A DNA stretch of 64,000 nucleotides, from NCBI GenBank assembly GCA_964016885.1, contig CAXHJY010000279.1:125510-189509 (forward strand). Reading direction: 5' to 3'. A program made the position numbers and the translations under genes. This DNA is from Eledone cirrhosa (Eukaryota). Below the pieces are notes generated by a model, which worked only from the letters and a program-made list of their open reading frames with translations, made no database searches and was not told the DNA's origin. Shown here in pieces: positions 62,170 through 64,000 of the stretch. The stretch's first letter is position 1, and each line of letters starts with the position of its first letter.

Positions 62170-62549
62170 TGATGATGGTGATGGTGGTGATGATGGTGGT
62201 GATGATGGTGACGATGGTGATAGTGGTGGTAATGATGATGATAGTGGTGATGATGATGATGGTGGTGAGTGGTGGTAATGATGATGATGGTAGTGATGAT
62301 GGTGGTGGTGGTGGTGGTGGTGGTGACAATGATAATACTGATGATGATGGTGATGATCAACTTGGTGGTAGTAGTAGTAGTGGTTGTAGTGATGGCAGCG
62401 GTGGTGGTGGTGGTAGTGGTTGTTGTGGTGGTAGTTGCAGTGGTTGCTGTGGTTGTGGTGGTAATAGTGGTGGTTGTAGTGGTGGTTGGTTTGTCAACAT
62501 GGCGGTGTTGGTAGTGGATGTTGTCATCGGGGGTGGTGGTGGTGGTGGG
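62170..62549 (+). repeat. (GGT/GAT/AGT)n low-complexity trinucleotide tract
   Basis: GATGGTGGTGATGAT... runs are directly visible. Confidence 0.93.
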
Positions 62550-62567
62550 AATATTTGTTGGAAATCC

Positions 62568-62909
62568 TCATCACCACCATCATCACCACCACCTCCACCA
62601 CCACCACAATCATCACCATCATTACCACCATCATCACCACCATCATCAGCATCACCACCACCACCACCATCATGACCATCATTTCTACAATCACCACCAT
62701 CACCATCATCACCATCATAACTGTTATAAATAACTTCCTTTGCTGTAAACAAAAATCATATTTTTATCATCATCATTCTTATGATCAACGTCATTGTTAA
62801 AGTCATCATGATAATCACCATCATCATCATCATCATAAACGTCACCATCATAATATTCATCACCATCATCATCACCAGCACAGTCACCACCATCACCACC
62901 ACCATCATC
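62568..62909 (-). repeat. (CAC/CAT)n low-complexity trinucleotide tract, the reverse complement type of the preceding tract
   Basis: CATCACCACCATCATCACC... runs, interrupted by an AT-rich spacer at ~62720-62800. Confidence 0.93.
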
Positions 62910-62954
62910 AGATATATTTATATTTGTATAATTATAAGTATATATGTATGGATA

Positions 62955-62997
<43 letters not shown>

Positions 62998-63000
<3 letters not shown>

Positions 63001-63086
63001 GGTGTCCCCCAAAAATGTATACACATAATAAATATTGCCTGTACAGATAATCAAAGTGTGTATACATTTTTGGGGCGACCCCCCTC
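62998..63086. mobile_element. Second copy of the Tc1/mariner-type MITE (shorter, 89 bp)
   Basis: TA-CAGGGTGTCCCCCAAAAATGTATACACA...TGTGTATACATTTTTGGGGCGACCCCCCTC-TA. Its internal TAATAAATATTGCCTGTACAG matches TAATAAACATTGCTTGTACAG of the 56648 copy. It sits at the end of a (TA)n run. Confidence 0.8.
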
Positions 63087-63122
63087 TATATAAATATATA
63101 TATTATCTATCTATTAAATTAT

Positions 63123-63243
63123 CCCTCTCGTGCTCTCTCTCTCTCTCTCTCTCTCCCTCCCGCTCCCTCTCACTCTCTCCCTCCCCCTCCCTCTCTTTCT
63201 CCCTCCACATCCCCCTCTCTCCCTCCACATCCCCCTCTCTCTC
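63123..63243. repeat. Polypyrimidine (CT/CCCT)n tract
   Basis: Almost entirely C/T. It includes a 20-bp tandem duplication (CCCTCCACATCCCCCTCTCT twice) at 63201-63240. Confidence 0.9.
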
Positions 63244-63355
63244 TATATATATATAAAAAGATTACCCGCTCTACTATCCTAAGTATTGAGTACTCTGGTG
63301 GGTTATGGTCTACCTGGTATTTTACCACATGCTCTCTGATTCTTTCATTTTTTTT

Positions 63356-63495
63356 CATTTTACATCCGCTTTTCCCTGCTTGCAAGGGTTGGACGGAAAC
63401 TGATTCTGGCTTGATTTCTACAGCTGGATACCCTTCCTAACACCAACCTCATTTACAGTGAGTGCTGGGTGCTTTTTTGCCGTGGCACCTCCACG
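63356..63495. mobile_element. Fragment of a dispersed retroelement-like repeat (probable RTE-type LINE/SINE 3' end)
   Basis: Contains CATCCGCTTTTCCCTGCTTGCAAGGGTTGGACGG and GCTGGATACCCTTCCTAACACCAACC. These resemble the GGATGCCCTTCCTAACGCCAACC-type motif I recall from abundant (CAT)n-tailed metazoan retroposon repeats. The family assignment is from memory and unverified. Confidence 0.5.
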
Positions 63496-63537
63496 ACCAC
63501 TTTGCAGTGGAATGATATGGACCCCAGTCCCTATCAT

Positions 63538-63680
63538 CTCATTTCTACAGCTGAGTAAACTGGAGCAATGAGAAATAAAGTGTCTTGCTCAAGGAAACAA
63601 CACATCACCCGGTCTGAGAATTGAACTCACAACCGTTTGATTGCAAGGCCAATGCTCTAACCACTAAGCCATGTGCCTCC
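63538..63680 (-). mobile_element. tRNA-derived SINE, 5' portion (3'-truncated or diverged)
   Basis: Minus strand reads GGAGGCACATGGCTTAGTGGTTAGAGCATTGG... with Pol III A box TGGCTTAGTGG (63671-63661) and B box GAGTTCAATTC (63628-63618). It continues into a non-tRNA body, CCTTGAGCAAGACACTTTATTTCTCATTGCTCCAGTTTACTCAGCTGTAGAAATGAG, typical of conserved SINE central domains. Confidence 0.85.
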
Positions 63681-63699
63681 ATATACATATATATTATAA

Positions 63700-63836
63700 T
63701 AATAATAATTGTTTCTATTTTTGGCACAAGGCCAGCAATTACCCAGTGCATTACTGGTACTTTATTTTATCGACCCCGTAAGGATGAAAGGCAAAGTTAA
63801 CCTTGGCAGGATTTGAACTCAGAATGGCAAGGGCAG
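63700..63836 (-). mobile_element. SINE fragment (Nin/Deu-domain-like), 5'-truncated, with (ATT)n tail
   Basis: Minus strand: B box TCTGAGTTCAAATCC (63823-63809), then GCCTTTCATCCTTACGGGGTCGATAAAATAAAGTACCAG (resembles the Nin-domain core), ending GGCCTTGTGCCAAAAATAGAAACAATTATTATTA. Confidence 0.8.
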
Positions 63837-64000
63837 TAATAATAATTGTTTCTACCTTTGGCACAAGGCCAGCAATTACCCAGTACATTACTGGTACTTT
63901 ATTTTATCGACCCCGCAAGGATGAAAGGCAAAGTCAACCTCGGCGGGATTTGAACTCAGATCGTAAAGGGACGTAACTATGCTGGAAAGCATGGCGTCCG
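63837..64000 (-). mobile_element. Second, adjacent copy of the same SINE; its 5' head runs off the right edge
   Basis: Near-identical to 63700-63836 at an offset of 137 bp (TAATAATAATTGTTTCTA at 63700 and 63837). It has the same B box and GCCTTTCATCCTTGCGGGGTCGATAAAATAAAGTACCAG. Confidence 0.8.

Noticed and set aside
62061-63050. Poly-His/Gly/Pro/Thr ORFs
   Set aside because: They are translations of (GGT/GAT)n and (CAC/CAT)n low-complexity tracts.
63605-63680. Possible tRNA gene on the minus strand
   Set aside because: A and B boxes are present, but the acceptor and anticodon stems do not pair well and the sequence continues into a SINE body, so it is called a SINE head.

Overview
This window is non-coding eukaryotic repeat DNA. 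About 55 kb (1-54978, running off the left edge) is one tandem satellite with a 20-bp monomer, GAATGAAGGAGTGGTTGTGT (roughly 2,750 copies). It has kilobase-scale internal duplications and position-dependent variant layers. At its right edge the array decays into a degenerate (GAAT)n-like ~60-bp repeat. The remaining ~9 kb holds TA/CA/TG and trinucleotide microsatellite fields, two copies of a ~90-116 bp TA-flanked Tc1/mariner-type MITE, a six-copy ~92-bp array whose units each carry a hairpin, and a cluster of tRNA-derived SINE fragments. The repeat content resembles a mollusc, most likely an octopus/cephalopod genome (inference from remembered repeat motifs, not a search). No protein-coding gene is supported: all ORFs in the track are explained by low-complexity sequence that lacks stop codons. 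I found no convincing novel gene system. The most interesting signals are the satellite architecture and origin, the hairpin array and the MITE pair.
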